From NCBI RefSeq assembly GCF_052425735.1, contig NC_135759.1, positions 33,356,001 through 33,420,000 on the forward strand: 64,000 bases of DNA, written 5' to 3'. Below the pieces are notes generated by a model. The model made no database searches. It was not told the DNA's origin and saw nothing but the letters and a program-made list of their open reading frames with translations. Numbering within the stretch: the stretch's first letter is position 1; every line of letters begins with the position of its first letter. Position numbers and translations under genes: made by a program. Source of the DNA: Oculina patagonica. Lineage: Eukaryota. Positions 38,951 through 53,184 of this stretch are shown here, in pieces.

Positions 38951-41900
38951 ATGTCCAGCGAACATCGTATGCCAGACTTGATCGCTAAAAAACGGGACGG
39001 AGATGAATTATCCGAAGCCGAAATCCACCACTTTGTGAAGGCTGCAACATCAAACGGTGCTTCTGAAAGTCAGATCGGCGCTATGCTCATGGCTATGTAC
39101 TTGAAGGGACTGAACCGCGATGAGACTGTGAGTCTTACAAAGGCAATGCTTTCGTCTGGAATCTCTTTACAGTGGCCTGAAGAGTGGAAGGGAAGCATTG
39201 CAGATAAACATTCTACAGGAGGAGTTGGTGATAAAGTAAGCCTGGCGCTTGCTCCAGCTTTAGCAGTTTGCGGAGTGAAAGTACCGATGATTTCTGGTCG
39301 TGGACTTGGTCACACTGGTATGGTTTATGTTTTCTTAAAAATTTTATTTTCGTGGTTGTTTTTCCCTATTGTTTACGCCTAATTACAACCCTCTGCAATT
39401 TGCATGCATCGTACGAACGTAAACACCGTTCAGTACACTCTTTTTCATCACATTATTTATATTGTTTATTTGTACTATTTGTATAACTTCCTGAACATAT
39501 TGAGAGGCTTTGCGGTAATCCGCATCTTGCCTTTTATTTCTTTTTCGGAACGCAACAATATTTATTTGGGAACTGTTTGCTTTTACATGTAACGCATAAA
39601 TCGTGGCCTGTTTTGTTTCTTCACGGTGAGTTGGCCACTTAGATTTTAGGGGGAGGGCCGGGGGAGGGGCCAAGTACAAATTCCTGCCAGCTATCCCGTA
39701 TAATCCGAGTCTAGGATTAGAAGGACCTTCATACCTATTTTGGCAATTTCAGAGGGGATTTGGGATATTTCTAGAGAGGCCAATGCTAAAGAAAAATTAA
39801 AAATCCAATCATACTTGTACAATGACCCCTTTCCAGGGATGTAGCTAAGAAAAAACTAAGCCGGTTCAGCTTCTGGTCTTTTTTAGTCAAAATTATCCTG
39901 TAAGTCTTTGTTTTCTAGTGAAATTTCAGCCGGTGAAAGCTGGAGCCCTTTCAGCCGGTGAAATTAGTTGGTTAAGCCAGCTCTTAGCTACATGCCTGCC
40001 TTTTTTGTTTGAGAAAAGAGGTCACAATTTTTTGGTCTCTGATTTGGGGAGGATCACAAATTTTTTCCCTCTAATTTGGGGGAGGATCACAATTTTTTAG
40101 TCCACTTCTTCAAACACTTCTTCAAAAATTTACTGCCCCCCTTCCCCAGTACTGACTGCTCCCTTAAACTTCTGAAATTTTTCGAATTTTCAGTTTGTCC
40201 ACAATCCTATATACGGTAGCTGTTTTGTTTTATTTATGTAAAATAATCTTGAACTAGAGTCTAAAATAAATAATAATTTCATTTAATAGGTGGAACCCTT
40301 GACAAGTTAGAGTCAATACCAGGCTTCCAAGTGAATATGGACTCCAAGCAGATGTGTGATGTTTTGGGAAAAGTTGGTTGTTGCATTGTAGGGCAGACAG
40401 AGGCACTGGTGCCAGCTGATCGTGTGTTGTATGGTATAAGAGATGTCACTGGAACAGTGGCATCAATGCCTCTGATAACAAGTTCTATCTTATCCAAGAA
40501 AGCGGCTGGTAAGCAAATTGTCAAACCATGTGATTTCCTCCTTTATAAGAATGATTAAGTGTCCAGAGTATTTCCATAATTGATTGATGCCTTTGCTTTA
40601 CTGACATGCTCTATTGGTTCAAGAAATGCATGTGCCTGTATAATGATTGCTATATGTTACCTCTCACGTGAAAACACTACACTATGGCTTTTCCGTTCCT
40701 ACACGGAAAACCGTGCACAAGCCATTCATCATCCGTTCCGAAAAAATTTCCATACGTGCAACCGGCCAAGGTCATCTGTACCAAAAAAATTTCCATACGT
40801 GCGCACGGCTAAGGTCATCTGTTCAGAAAAGATTTCCATACGTGCACACGGCTAAGGTCATCCGTTCAGAAAAAATTTGCATCCGTGCAAGTGGCTTGAG
40901 TCAACCGTTCAGTAAAAAATTACATCCGTGCAAGCAGGAAAGGTCATCTGTGCGAGCGGCTTGAGTAAGCCGTTCAGGAAAAGCAAACGCGATCTGTTCG
41001 GACGGCTTAGTATCGGTTCAGAGAAAAATAGTGGTTTTATAGCTTTAGGAGGCTATATTGAAAATTAACTACTCAAGACATTGTGTGCTTATTGACTGAG
41101 TTATAAGGAAGGCTGATAATTCTCTGTTCAGCCACTGGACAGAGAATTGTTTGGCTTGATACTGATATCCATGTCATAAAACAACCGAGAGCCAAACATT
41201 TTCCCATTCGGCCAGACAGACTGAACGCATTCATATGTTAATATCATCACATGGGCATGTACTAAAACCCGAAACAACGAAACAAATCCACCGAAACGAA
41301 ACGACCGAAACAGCCGAAACGACCGAAACGAAACCGCCGAAACAACCGAAACGAGCGAAACGAAACAAAATCACCGAAACAATCAAAACTTCAAGATTTT
41401 CGCCACTTACCGTACTATACACTCCGTTTAGCCTACTATACACTCCGGTTAGCCTACTATACACCCCGGTTAGCCTACTATACACTCCTGTTAGCCTACT
41501 ACACACTCCGGTTAGCCTGTTTACGGTTAGCTCTCAAAAATCGTAATGGGTTTTGCTTGTTTCGGTGATTTCGTTTCGTTTCGCTCGTTTCGGCCGTTAC
41601 GGTTGTTTCGGCGGTTTCGTTTCGGTCGTTTCGGTGGTTTCGGTGGTTTCGTTTCGGTGGTTTCGTTTCGTTGTTTCGGGTTTTAGTACATGCCCATCAC
41701 ATGACTTTTATTAAGTACAGTTTTGTTGGAAAGTTGTTGGTAAATGTTCTGAATTGCATGCACTTTATGAAATGTTGACATACCGTAGTTATTCGGTTAC
41801 AAGGCGCACGGTTTTTGAGAGAAAAATCTGTTTTTCTGTGGGAAGTTCATGCGAAAATTGGGGTGCGTCTTATAGCCGAGTATTTTCGCCCAACAAAATC

Positions 41901-44446
41901 TTATGACCGCCATTTTACCGGAACTTACAGTTAAAACTAGAGAAATGAAAACACTTAATGTTGTTTATTGACTTCTACAGTATTAAAGATATAAGAAACA
42001 TTTAGTTTAAACGCAAAGTTTAAGCTTATTATCGCGGATATAAAACGAGTTTAAGTAACACCTGTATATGCCAGCATTTTGTTGAAATTAGACAAAGAAA
42101 ACCAAGCATACTCATTTGAAACAAACCTTTCTAAGCGTGGAAAGTGGAAAATGACTTTAGAAGACAAGGAAAACACCAAAAAGCTTGAGAATCTTTGAAA
42201 AACACTCGATAAACAAAGTTCGTAGCGGTACGAAGCATGCTTGAGGACTTGGTAACCAAGCTACAAACTCAGTGGTCACCGGTAACAACACATCTGCCAG
42301 GTTACTCAGCAGCTAAGTTCGAAGCATGAACGATGGAAAAATGTTTTGCTCAAGTGGATTTACGTCGTTTTTAGCAGGAAATGTTAGCTTTTTACTCGAA
42401 GATTGTGCCAAGGAGTATGAACAACATTCAAACATTCAAATTTTGTAAGAAAAAACTTTGATCACTACATCTTTTCAACTCTCCGACTCATGGTGCGTCT
42501 TATAACACCTATTAGCATTTATAACCCAGCTGTCTATTGGCAAAACGTGCAATCTGATTGGCTACACAGGTGCTGTCTATTTAACAATTAGACAGCAAGC
42601 TCGAGGTTTCTATCGGCTGATAGTTGGCGAGCGGCGAAGCCCGAGCCAACTATCAAAGTCGACAGAAACCAAGAACGAGCCGTCTAATTGTTTTAGCATA
42701 ACCCACTGACTGAACTATTAAACTCAGAATATCACTAGAATTGATTTATTGAAGGTTTTGATTGATAAAATTCAATAAAAATTAGCGCGTGCTCCGAGAG
42801 CCGTCTAATGATGGTGCCTGTGTAGCCAATCAGATTGCGGGATTACCAATAGACGGTCAGTGTGGTTGTGCTAATGATGGTTAGACCACTCTCACTCAGC
42901 ATGCTCTTAGTTTTTTGCTATTTTATAAATCAAAACCTTCAATACATCAATTCTAGCGGTATTCTTTGTTTAATAGATCAGCCGCTGGGTTATATGTTAA
43001 AACAAGTGGACGGCTCGCTCTCGGTTTCTATCGACTTTGATAGAAATCAGCAGAAAGAAACCTTGAGCTTGCCGTCTAATTGTTAATTATCAGCCAAGTG
43101 CAAGATCTATATGTTACTAGCCAACTGTTGCTGATTTTCATTCACCAATACCTCAAAGAATACTTTTACCATTGACTTTTAATATGTTTCTCCTCTTTTC
43201 CTACTAGAAAACCTATCAGCCCTAGTAATGGATGTGAAGTTTGGCAAAGCAGCATTTGCCACAACAGAAGAGAAGGCTCAAGCTCTTGCACACACTCTCG
43301 TTGGTACATGCTTTGGCTTAGGCATCAAGGCAGTAGCCCTTATTACCAGCATGGATGCACCCCTGGGAAAAGCTGTCGGGAATTCTGTGGAAGTGGCTGA
43401 AGCTATCAGTTGTCTGAATGGGAAGGGCCCTGAAGACTTGAAGGAACTGGTGTGTGAAGAAGGCAAGTAATCAAAATTACGGGAGAATGTGATCACACTT
43501 AAAAACACAAATCATATAATACAAGTTCATTTAACATTCTTAAGATAAGTCAAAATCTTGCTGAATCAGAGGTGTCTTTGTGGTTCACATTAACCTTTTG
43601 TGCTATCAGAAAGGAAATGACTGCAGTGCAGGCTACTTATTTTCTTTTTTTAGTATTTGTTCTTCTATAAAAACCAGCAAATACATTTGTACGACTGCTA
43701 CTAACATGACTTTGTGATTTTTTGAGACATTCCATTTACAACTCAACCACTGAGTGCCCCAATCACTGTTAAAGTAGCTTCCAAAGCCCTCATTCACTGA
43801 TATTAATTATTGGTTTTATCATTGTGTAATTTATTGCTCTTTTGACTAAAACTTCTAAAGATCTTTTTCAGTAATAAAAACTCAAATCCTTTTACGTTTA
43901 GGTGGTCATCTACTTTATGCTCTGAATAAAGTAGAATCAGAAGATGCTGGCAAGAAGCTTGTTGCTGAAACCTTGCACAATGGAAAAGCTCTTCAAAAAT
44001 TCTGTGACATGTTAATAGCACAAGGCGTCCAACCAGGTGCGGCACAGAAGCTCTGTACAGCCGGGGCAGACCCCTACAGCATCCTACCTCTTGCTTCCCA
44101 GAAACATGAGCTTCTTGCTGAAAAGAGTGGCATAATATCTGGAATTGACGCACTTGTATTGGCACAAGTGAGCCACAAGCTTGGTGCGGGAAGACATAAT
44201 GCCACTGACAAAATTGATCATGGAGTTGGTTTTATATTAAGTGTGCGTGTTGGTCAGTTTGTAAATAAAGGTGACAAGTGGGTAACTGTATACCACAACG
44301 GCAACCTTACTGATTCACAAAAAGCCTTATTGGAAAAGGCTCTAGAGATTGACGAGAATGGTGGTACAGCAGACCTTCCTGCTGTGTCAAGAGTTATTGA
44401 TGTCATTGACAGCAAAAGGCGACGCTCTGTTTTTGTTTGTCAGTAG
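38951..44446 (+). CDS. TYMP: Thymidine phosphorylase, 4 exons, 461 aa
   Basis: Exons 38951-39317, 40290-40508, 43208-43462 and 43902-44446 total 1386 nt. Signature motifs [63 protein letters not shown] and LGAGR...IDHGVG. Confidence 0.97.
39834..39998. mobile_element. hAT-like MITE
   Basis: cagggatgtagctaag ... cttagctacatgcctg. Confidence 0.65.
40710..41025. repeat. Degenerate ~42-bp tandem repeat
   Basis: Recurring ttccatacgtgc..acggctaaggtcatc.gttcagaaaa units, about 7 copies. Confidence 0.8.
41254..41694. mobile_element. Foldback MITE with 9-bp TSD (Mutator/Merlin-like) and internal 21-bp tandem repeat
   Basis: CATCACATG|ggcatgtactaaaacccgaaacaacgaaac ... gtttcgttgtttcgggttttagtacatgcc|CATCACATG. 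The ~130-bp TIRs are built of cgaaac units; the centre is (tactatacactccggttagcc) x~4.5. Confidence 0.9.
42582..43086. mobile_element. TIR element
   Basis: taacaattagacagcaagctcgaggtttct / agaaaccttgagcttgccgtctaattgtta. Confidence 0.7.
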
Positions 44447-45821
44447 TGCTGCCGATCAGAGACAGAATTTTACTGGTCAGGAGATTGTTAATCTAAAATT
44501 AGGGTTCAAAATTTAAGATTTTATCATTTGTTATTTCTTATATTTTACTTTTGTGCAATCACTCATCACAAATTAAGATGTGCAAATGTCATTATGTGGG
44601 AGCAATGACATTAATTTTTGTTAACAGAATATGAAGCATTTAAAGGGAAGTTTTAGTGATTTCCATTCCACAAATTTATTTTTATTTGAATTCTTTTTTC
44701 ACATCTTTGATGAAGCAGTAGACTTATTTAACTATATAACACTTGTTTGAAATTATTTTAGTTCCATCTGTGTTCAACTCAAGGTGTTACGTGTAAGGTT
44801 TTTCAAAATAATGATTTTAGCCCCACCCCACCCCCACAGTTTTACAAAGTATAAGTAACATGAACATGTGCATATGCACAGGGAAACCTCTTTCATTTTA
44901 GCAGTACTTAAAAGGTATAAATTGTTCTTCACTCGATATTTAACCAAATTTCAGCACAGAGATGCTGTATTTATACTGACAGCTGTCTTCTTGAACATAC
45001 TATCTAGAGGTGACAAGTTTTAAATTTTATGGTTATAATAAGTCACTGTAAAATAATTTTTCCCATTTAACAAACAAATAGCATTCATATTAATTATTAC
45101 CGTTGGGGTTTTACAAGTCAGTGTAGTAGCCTTGCAGATATTACCAGGGTATTCAAAGAAACCATTTACCAGAGATTCAGAAATTTACACTTTGAATTAT
45201 AATTGCTGGAAGTTAATCATGGCAAATATTAAAAGCCTGATTCTCTGACCTTATCTATGAATCCTCATAAGAAAATTTTGTAGTCATTTTGTAATTAATA
45301 ATCATAGAATTAAAATTATAGTCACATACATGTAGAAAATTATCCAATTATCCCTCGTAAGAGAATGTCTGTAACATTTTTTTTCACTGTCACTTATTTG
45401 TGTGGTTTTACATGATTGTACATGTATATTAATTTCATAATAACAAAATATCATAATTGCTGTGTTGTAATTTATTGTGTGATAATAAAAAATAAACTCA
45501 AAAATGACAATAAAAAAACGTTTCCTTGACCTCTTTTGCTTTCTTGTTAAGTGTCTCTGCCGTGAAAGTTCACATGTTGTTAGTAAATATGTTGTGGTTT
45601 AATTTTGTCTTTGGTTTAAAATTGTTCAAACCAGTTTGATTTTTATTTCCCTTTGTTTCAGATTATGATAATGAATATAACTTTATTTGCTTCTTAGAGT
45701 ACAGAATTAAGTACAAATTAATGAATTTAGGGTTATGTTATCATTACCATGACTTCTTATATTAATTTTCTCTTTGTTGTTTGCATTTTACTTTGACTTA
45801 TCTCCAACTGCATCTTAAAAC

Positions 45822-46039
45822 CAACCCTCCAAGTTTATTTTTTTCCTTAGTGGCCACTTGGCCACCAACCGCTCAAGTTTGGTAGCCAGTGAAAACTTTA
45901 AGTCGCCAAATTAAGCTCACGCTTTCAATCCTCCTTCTCAATTTTAGTCGCCAGGCTGGTGACTTTAGTTCTAATTTAGTCGCCATCTCCAAAATTTTAG
46001 TCGCCATGGCGACTAAAATGGTCTTAACTTGGAGGGTTG
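45822..46039. mobile_element. MITE
   Basis: caaccctccaagtt / aacttggagggttg with internal ttagtcgcca repeats. Confidence 0.65.
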
Positions 46040-46433
46040 AAAACTGACACTGCAGGTAACTCTTAAACAAGAGGAGTAAGACATTGATTAATTTTTAATC
46101 CTGGAATTAATTTTAATCAGCATAAAAACAACTGAGGCCTAATCAAAAATATTGGGTACATTTTAATACTAGGCACAGCACGTCCATGCTTCTGATCAGT
46201 CTATTTCTTCCCATAACTTACATTCCCAGTGTATCAATACCTGAGAGAGATACTAGATCACAATAACTGTGGGTTTTGGTAAAAATAGAATTCACTGCAC
46301 AATGTTAAAATAAACTGATCTTTATTTGGCAATCACCACTGACACACTGGAGGTACAAATCCAATTATTATTCACAAAAAAACAGAGGCACAACACTTGC
46401 CAAACTGGAATGTTATAAAGCACCTCCGCATTC

Positions 46434-49400
46434 TTATGCTGGTGCCATTGCTTTGAGATCTTTTATACACTGGCTAACACTGTCTTTTTCCTGTAGGAAG
46501 ATAAGAAAATAAAGATAAACTTAGCTTACTTATAATTATTATTCTGAGTGACCACAAACTTAAACTACCAGATAACGGAATACCACTCAGGACTCTAAAA
46601 AGTTTTATGACCAGGATACACTTGTATTTGAAACATTTCAAAAGCAGAAAATAAAAATACCCATAATGTCTAGTGTACTATATAGTCTTACATGCCAAAA
46701 CATGTCTAGCCAGAGAGGTACTTAGGCTACATTGTGCAGGAGAAGGGACAACACTGTACCAAACCAGAGATTAACTTCATGATGAGAACACTCAAAACAG
46801 CTGCGTGTGAGACTAAAGGCAGAGTAAACTTCGAATGATTTATATCAGAGAAGCACTCCAGCATGCTCTCACCAGGGATGTAGGTAAGATTAGAAACTGG
46901 TGGAAATTTCTTTGCTATAGGTGGTGTACTGGTCAAGAAAAGGGCTTCAAAACCTACACAATTTCCCCATTTTTCACCCTGCTTCATAGGTGGAAAAATC
47001 TATGCAACAGACAGGTATTACCTGGCTCCCAGCTTGAATCTACATCCCTGTCTCACCATTTTTTTTTCTGACCAAGTCCCTGGTTTGCTGATGTTGTAAA
47101 CTTACACTCATGTGCATGAACAGTACATACCCATTTTTTTTTACAATGTGATGATTTTCATACATACCAGTTGTGGTGTAATACTCTTCACAACTTCTCT
47201 TTCCACCCAGTCAATTATGTGATCTTGCTCAGTCTTTCGCTGGAATGCTTCCATTTCTGCTTGGTAATCCTGTGCATCAAACATACTTAAATGTAACTTC
47301 TATGCACAGAAATTCTTATCCAGAGTTCAATGTGTACTTCCAGAAAATATCCATACCCCCAAGGAAGTTTTTTCTGGTTTGAATCCTCCCACCTCTCGGA
47401 AAATTCCAGTTAAGCTCTGTAGTTTCTTTCAAAAAATTTTGGTATTTAGAACCCCACCCTTTAGAATTTCCAATGACCTTCCATGGGGTGGAAGGGGGGG
47501 GGGGGGGGGACATTATCACCAAGAATTTGCAACAAATAAAAACGCAAAGTCTATTCTTACCAAGCGTTTCTTGACCTCCCTGACAACTTCATGGAGCCTG
47601 TTACGGTACTCCAGCTCCAGAGACATGACATTGTTTTCCTACAACATAGAAAAGTTAGAAAACTAAGTCGTGTGAAGTTTTAAAGTGTACAATGACAAGG
47701 ATGTATAAAATGGAAAAGGTCACCAGACAGCAAGGAAGTTAAATTTACTAGTATACACGTGTTAATGATGATGTAATCAAAAACACAAATAATCATGGCA
47801 GGATGACAAAGTAGTCTTGAAAATACTGTAAAAACCCGCAGATAAGCCGCACCTTTTTTCCAAAAGTTTTCGCTCGATAGCGGGGGTGCGGCTTATCTGC
47901 GGGTGCGGCTTATCCGCGGGTGTTTACGGTAACTATCAATATACTCTCTGTCCACTTGCAAGCCTAAGGTTTAATTTAGTGACCTTACCCTCATAATTTC
48001 CACTATGTCCTTTCTGGCAGTGAGCATGTACTCGATTTTCTTTTCTTCTTCTATTGATTTTGTTAAAGCATCAATTTGACTGTTCCGGCCTTCGTTGTAC
48101 ATATCCAGGATTTCCTGTTAAAACAGTGTTTGTAATCATGCTTTATCAAAACAAATACAAAGCAATTTGCCACCAGGTTAAGCTGGGGGTAACTTCAAAA
48201 GTAAACTAAACTTGAGTTTATTGTCAGATGCTTTTAAGAAACAACACATACCATGTAAGCACTGTTTACAGACATTTCGCATTAGTGATCAAGTGTACCT
48301 CTCTAAGCCCATGCAGACAAAGCAATCTTACAATCATAATTTCTAAAACAGCATCATCTAACGAAATTAATAGCCGATTCCCTCTATAGTGCGCGCCTGC
48401 AGGGAATCACGGTAGTTGTATTCATCAAACCATGCGCAAGACTCAGCTACTTGAATTGTTGCTGAGTCTCGCGTATGTTTTATGAATACAACTACCGTAA
48501 TTCCCTGCAGGCGCGCGTTATAAAGGGAATCGGCTATTGTTGCATAAACCAACCTGACTTCTTTCATCTAACATATCAGCAACTGGCTGGGAAATCTTTG
48601 TATAAAGGAAATACACAGTGCCCAACATAACAGCAGCAAGAAGAGTCTGCAAAACAACAAATGTAACAGTCATGATTATGTGCACTATATCCAAGGCACC
48701 CAGAGCTATCAAACTTGATTAAATTTGACACCAATAAGAAAAACAAGTTTTTACTCTCTCTGGTGTAGCTATCAATAGTGAAACTTGTAAAACGCAATGC
48801 ATTAGAAACAGCATAGGGCTACATTTACAACTGCCTTACCATATATAATCCTCAATTAAATGTTTGTTTAAAGCGTTTATCTCAAACTTAGCCTGGTGGA
48901 CCTGGCATTTTATTTGACTAGTGCAGTTTATTCCTGCCAGGTTTTCATTAAGCAACGGTTTTAATTCATTATTTTTGACAAACATGTATCTGGCTAATTA
49001 TACTTTCAGCTAATAATACCTTAAATCAATGTATGAAGGCTCTATTTTCAACTCCACCTTGGTGGCCAACATTTATTCGGCACCCAGCATTTAATCCAGA
49101 AAATACAGTATCCCCGGTATTTCCATTATGTAAAACTATGACAATGTGTTCCAAAGATTTTGTAGTTGGAATGAGATTGTCAAAATTAGATCAGATCTAT
49201 TATCATACCTCATCATGAAGAATGAGTAATTCCTTTGAAAGTATGTAGGTGAGAAATCCTCCAGCAAGAAGTTTATGGCCTATAAAAACAAAGGACGATA
49301 TTTATAGTAAGGGACTAGGACCTCAAGACATTGTTTTCCAGTTTTGTTGTTGTTGTTTATTTGTTTGTTTGAAGATAACATTTTCAGACATGTCAACCTA

Positions 49401-52400
49401 AAAAAAAAAATCAAAATTTTGCAGATCGGCAATTTTCTGTTAAGGTACTGTACCATTTCTTAACCCCTAAAATCTGAGTAAAAAATAGAGTGCTGCTGAT
49501 TCACCCACAAAACCGCATAAAATATCTACAAAATTACCCCCCGAATTGACCAAAATGAGGGTTAAAACATGTATTCCAAGCACTTCCCGTTGTATCCAGG
49601 AGATTTGGTGACCCGTATGAGAGACCGGAAGATTCGGTCTGTATCTGGGAGACTCCGGGATAATCTGGGAGAGTTGGTATAGGTGCATTTCAGACTAAAA
49701 ACTTAATGTGCCAACTGTGTTACAAGTGAACTATTTTCTACCCAGTTGATTGTTTGCTTTTCATCCAAATACGTACAATATTCAGGATATTTTTCAATTT
49801 TGTTTCTTTAAAAAAAAAAAGGTAAAGACTGTGTCCGAGCCTAAGTGGCCCATACAGCCGGAGCTTATCCCGGTTTCCGTAGCATTAAGCGACTAGGAGT
49901 ATTGCTACTCCCCCCTGGATGGGATGCTAGTCCATCGCAGGGTTACCCCCCAGCAGTAAATTCGCCGGTACCCATTTATACACCTGGGTGGAGAGAGGCA
50001 CTGTGAGAGTAAAGTGTCTTGCCCAAGAACACAACACAGCGCCCCGGCCAGGCCTCGAACCTGGGCCGTTCGACTCGGAGGCGAGCGCGCTAACCATTAG
50101 GCTACCACGCCTCCCACAATTTTGTTTCTTTAATGCAATGTTATTTACCTTAGACATGACATGGTGTGGGGTTTTAATAAAAAATTTTTAAGTCAGCAGC
50201 TGGTTGAGTAGAGTAAAATGTTTTCACTGTTTGAGAGAATCTTTCATTTTGCTTCAATTTGGGGGGGGGGGGATGTCACATCACTTAATGGAGGAGAGTA
50301 AAGTGGCTTAAGCTCTTCATCGGCCATCAGTGCTCATTAAAGCACTGCATATTTAGATACAAAGCTCATTCAAGCTGCTTGTTGCTGCTTAGTCCAAATC
50401 TTTGTGTAGGATTCAAATCAAACAATGAAGTGCTTATTAACAGATATAACATTGAGAACACATTGTACTTAAAAGTGTTATATTGTGCCGTGGGTGTTAA
50501 GTTCTAACCTGTTTCTCCAGTTTTTTCTTTCAACATACTGCTGACATCTCTAAAGAACTGTCCAAACTCAGGAGTTTCATCTATAGAATATAGACAGGTG
50601 CAATATGAAAATGCTAGAACTACAATTTGCATGTTTATCTAGCTTTAAAGTAAAGTCTGTGTCCGAGCCATGAGGCTCATACAGCCGGAGCTTATCCCGG
50701 TTTCCGTAGCATTAAGCGACTAGGAGTATTGCTACTCCCCCCTGGATGGGATGCTAGTCCATCGCAGGGTTACCCCCCAGCAGTAAATTCGCCGGTACCC
50801 ATTTATACACCTGGGTGGAGAGAGGCACTGTGAGAGTAAAGTGTCTTGCCCAAGAACACAACGCAGCGCCCCGGCCAGGCCTCGAACCCGGGCCGTTCGA
50901 CTCGGAGTCGAGCGCGCTAACCATTAGCCCACCGCGCCTCCCACATCTAGCTTTACAGTGTATTTTTTGTAATGAATGAAAATCCTGTCACATGTACATG
51001 TACAGGAAAAATTAAACACGTACATGTACACAGCAAAATACAAAATATGCTTCAGACTAAGACTCAAAGGGACACAAAGACCCAAAACTTTAAAGCAATG
51101 TATGAAGCTAAATTGGAATTTCCAGAGGGGTGGGGGGCGATCATAGGGCAAATCCCTTCCGTGGGGGGTATGGATATTTTCTGGAACCACACAATAATGT
51201 AATTAATTTTTATCACAACTTACCTTATTATAGGAAATTAACGCTTGTGTTAATTAAGGTATTTGAAATTAACGCGACTTAAATTAACGCGAATTAAATG
51301 AAAAAATACTTCACAATAAAGGAAATTAATGCGAAAGAGGGGGTAACATTTCAAAATGAAGGAAATTAAGGCGAAGAACACATAGAAAAAACACTTGTTG
51401 AGACAACAGAAACAAGTTTATTTCACCACTAGGCGTATAATCCTAAACATAGGGGTTAGGCGAAGAAATCTGACCGCCTCGAGCGTTCTTCGTAGTTTCA
51501 GTGATACCGGCAGACTTCCACCCTGACGAAATAATGCCTTTTCCTAGGAGTCAAGAACGGCTGGACTGTATCGAGAAATTTTGGCCAAAATAATGGAAAT
51601 TAAGGTCATGGAAATTAACGTTCCACTTAATTAACGGCGCGGAAATTAACGTTAATAAAAATTAACGCGACTTAAATTAACGCAAATTATTTATATTCGC
51701 GATAATTACATGAAGCGTTAATTTCCTATAATAAGGTAACTCATTTGGCATTGTTGTAATGTGTTGTGAAAAATAAAGTATCAGAAAAAAATATGTTGTG
51801 GTTCTGTTGACAACAATTTGGTATTTCCCTTTGTTCTGGTATATGGTAATATACCGTAGAATTCGCCCTGGGAGTGGGATGGGGAGGGGGGGCAATCGGG
51901 AGGGGGGAGCCCCCCGGGAGGAACGACAAGCACACCCGCGGGGGGCGGGGGCACCGGCCGGAGAGGGCCAGGGGGGGGGGGGTAACCGGACTACGGTATG
52001 ACAATAAATATTAAACAAAGGAAAAAAACAAATAATTTGGAGTAAGGGTAAAATTGAACCACAACATATATTTTATAAAAGCCTTTCTTTGTCTGATACA
52101 TCTGCCTATAATATTTGCATTTTATTACCTTTCTTTGGTGTAACCTGACACATAAGTCTTGTAGTTGCTGGAACACTGTACAAAAAATTAGGTTAAAAAG
52201 TACTATTAACAAATTACAATCATAAAGAGTTTTGTAATCTCTATGTACCAGTAACGTAAAGCGATCCAAGCTTTTAATTGGCTATTTATCAACATGTTAA
52301 TTTGCATTTGTTATGCCAGACAACAAATGTTTATGATATCTATACACAAGCACCCTACCAACTTTCTTTTTTTCTAATATTTTGGAATCTTCATGTTTTT

Positions 52401-53184
52401 CTGGAGATATCTCATGTTGGCTAAACTGTAGAATACTGGGTCACTAATTTGCATCTCATTGAATTTGAATGGTTCCTTTTGTTTCTACTATGCTTCGTTC
52501 TTAAAGCGTTCAGAGATATGTAAATAAGTGGCCCGGTATTGTAAAATCGCTCCCTCATGTTGAGAGGTTTGTCAAAATGTAAAAACTATTTGCTGCATGT
52601 CCATTGGAGAAGCATTGACTGAACTCAGCAATATAACAGCGCAGCTGCAAGCAAGGGGTGTGTGAAACCCTATGGGTCAATATATTTAGACATGAAACAA
52701 CCCACTGACCTTGGTCTTGCATGTGCCAAGAGTCTTGCAGCACCACCTAGAAAGTAAGGCTCAATCTTAATCCTTTGTTCAGGGTATAAGCTTACTAAAA
52801 GCTTGTCTTAATTGTTGAAATTGTTTTTGAATAACTGATGCCGGACATATTTTATTATTTTACTTGGGTTGCACTCACTCTGATTTTAATTATTTGATTG
52901 GTAGGAGTTCATTAAATGTGATGTTATTTCGTTCAGAGCTTCGTGGCAACATAAGACGTTGACGTTTAAGTAAATTTTAATATGATATAATATCACAAGA
53001 GACTGAAGCTCTTGCAAGTATAAAGCTTACGTACTTTTATTAAAGACGAACACTATCATGCAAAATAAGTGCAAAAGTACTCCGATCAAACACGGAAACT
53101 TTTATTAGCAGGAACACCATAGTATTTTCTATAAGTAGATTAACACTTACCGACTCTAGCGGCCAAACGTAACCGAGAAATCAT
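46434..53184 (-). CDS. ATP5PB: Mitochondrial ATP synthase F0 subunit b (peripheral stalk), 10 exons, 238 aa
   Basis: Exons 53151-53184, 52710-52746, 52129-52175, 50509-50580, 49209-49279, 48554-48646, 47989-48114, 47561-47638, 47168-47269 and 46434-46490 total 717 nt. Arg-rich presequence MISRLRLAARV; motifs KTGETG...YILSKELLILHDET, ELEYRNRL...EVKKRLDYQ, EQDHIIDWVEREVVKSITP...CIKDLK. Confidence 0.95.
47824..47931. mobile_element. Minimal mariner-like MITE
   Basis: tactgtaaaaacccgcagataagccgcacc ... gcggcttatccgcgggtgtttacggta. Confidence 0.7.
48369..48538. mobile_element. Palindromic MITE
   Basis: ~57-bp inverted arms aatagccgattccct...gcgcgcctgcagggaatcacggtagttgtattcat and its reverse complement. 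Confidence 0.8.
49812..50117 (-). mobile_element. Full-length tRNA-derived SINE, copy 1
   Basis: Minus-strand head gtgggaggcgtggtagcctaatggttagcgcgctcg...ggttcgaggcc (A/B boxes); ~15-bp TSD aattttgtttcttta on both sides. Confidence 0.92.
50648..50944 (-). mobile_element. Full-length tRNA-derived SINE, copy 2
   Basis: Nearly identical to copy 1; independent 11-bp TSD atctagcttta. Confidence 0.92.
51221..51738. mobile_element. Mariner-like MITE
   Basis: taccttattataggaaattaacgctt / aagcgttaatttcctatataataaggta; internal aaattaacgcg repeats. Confidence 0.78.

Noticed and set aside
38951-44446. Horizontal transfer or contamination of bacterial-like thymidine phosphorylase
   Set aside because: The gene has spliceosomal introns filled with host repeats, and TYMP is a known animal gene.
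50280-50420. Possible H/ACA snoRNAs in ATP5PB introns (also ~52570-52700)
   Set aside because: The hairpins are weak and no correctly placed ANANNA box was found.
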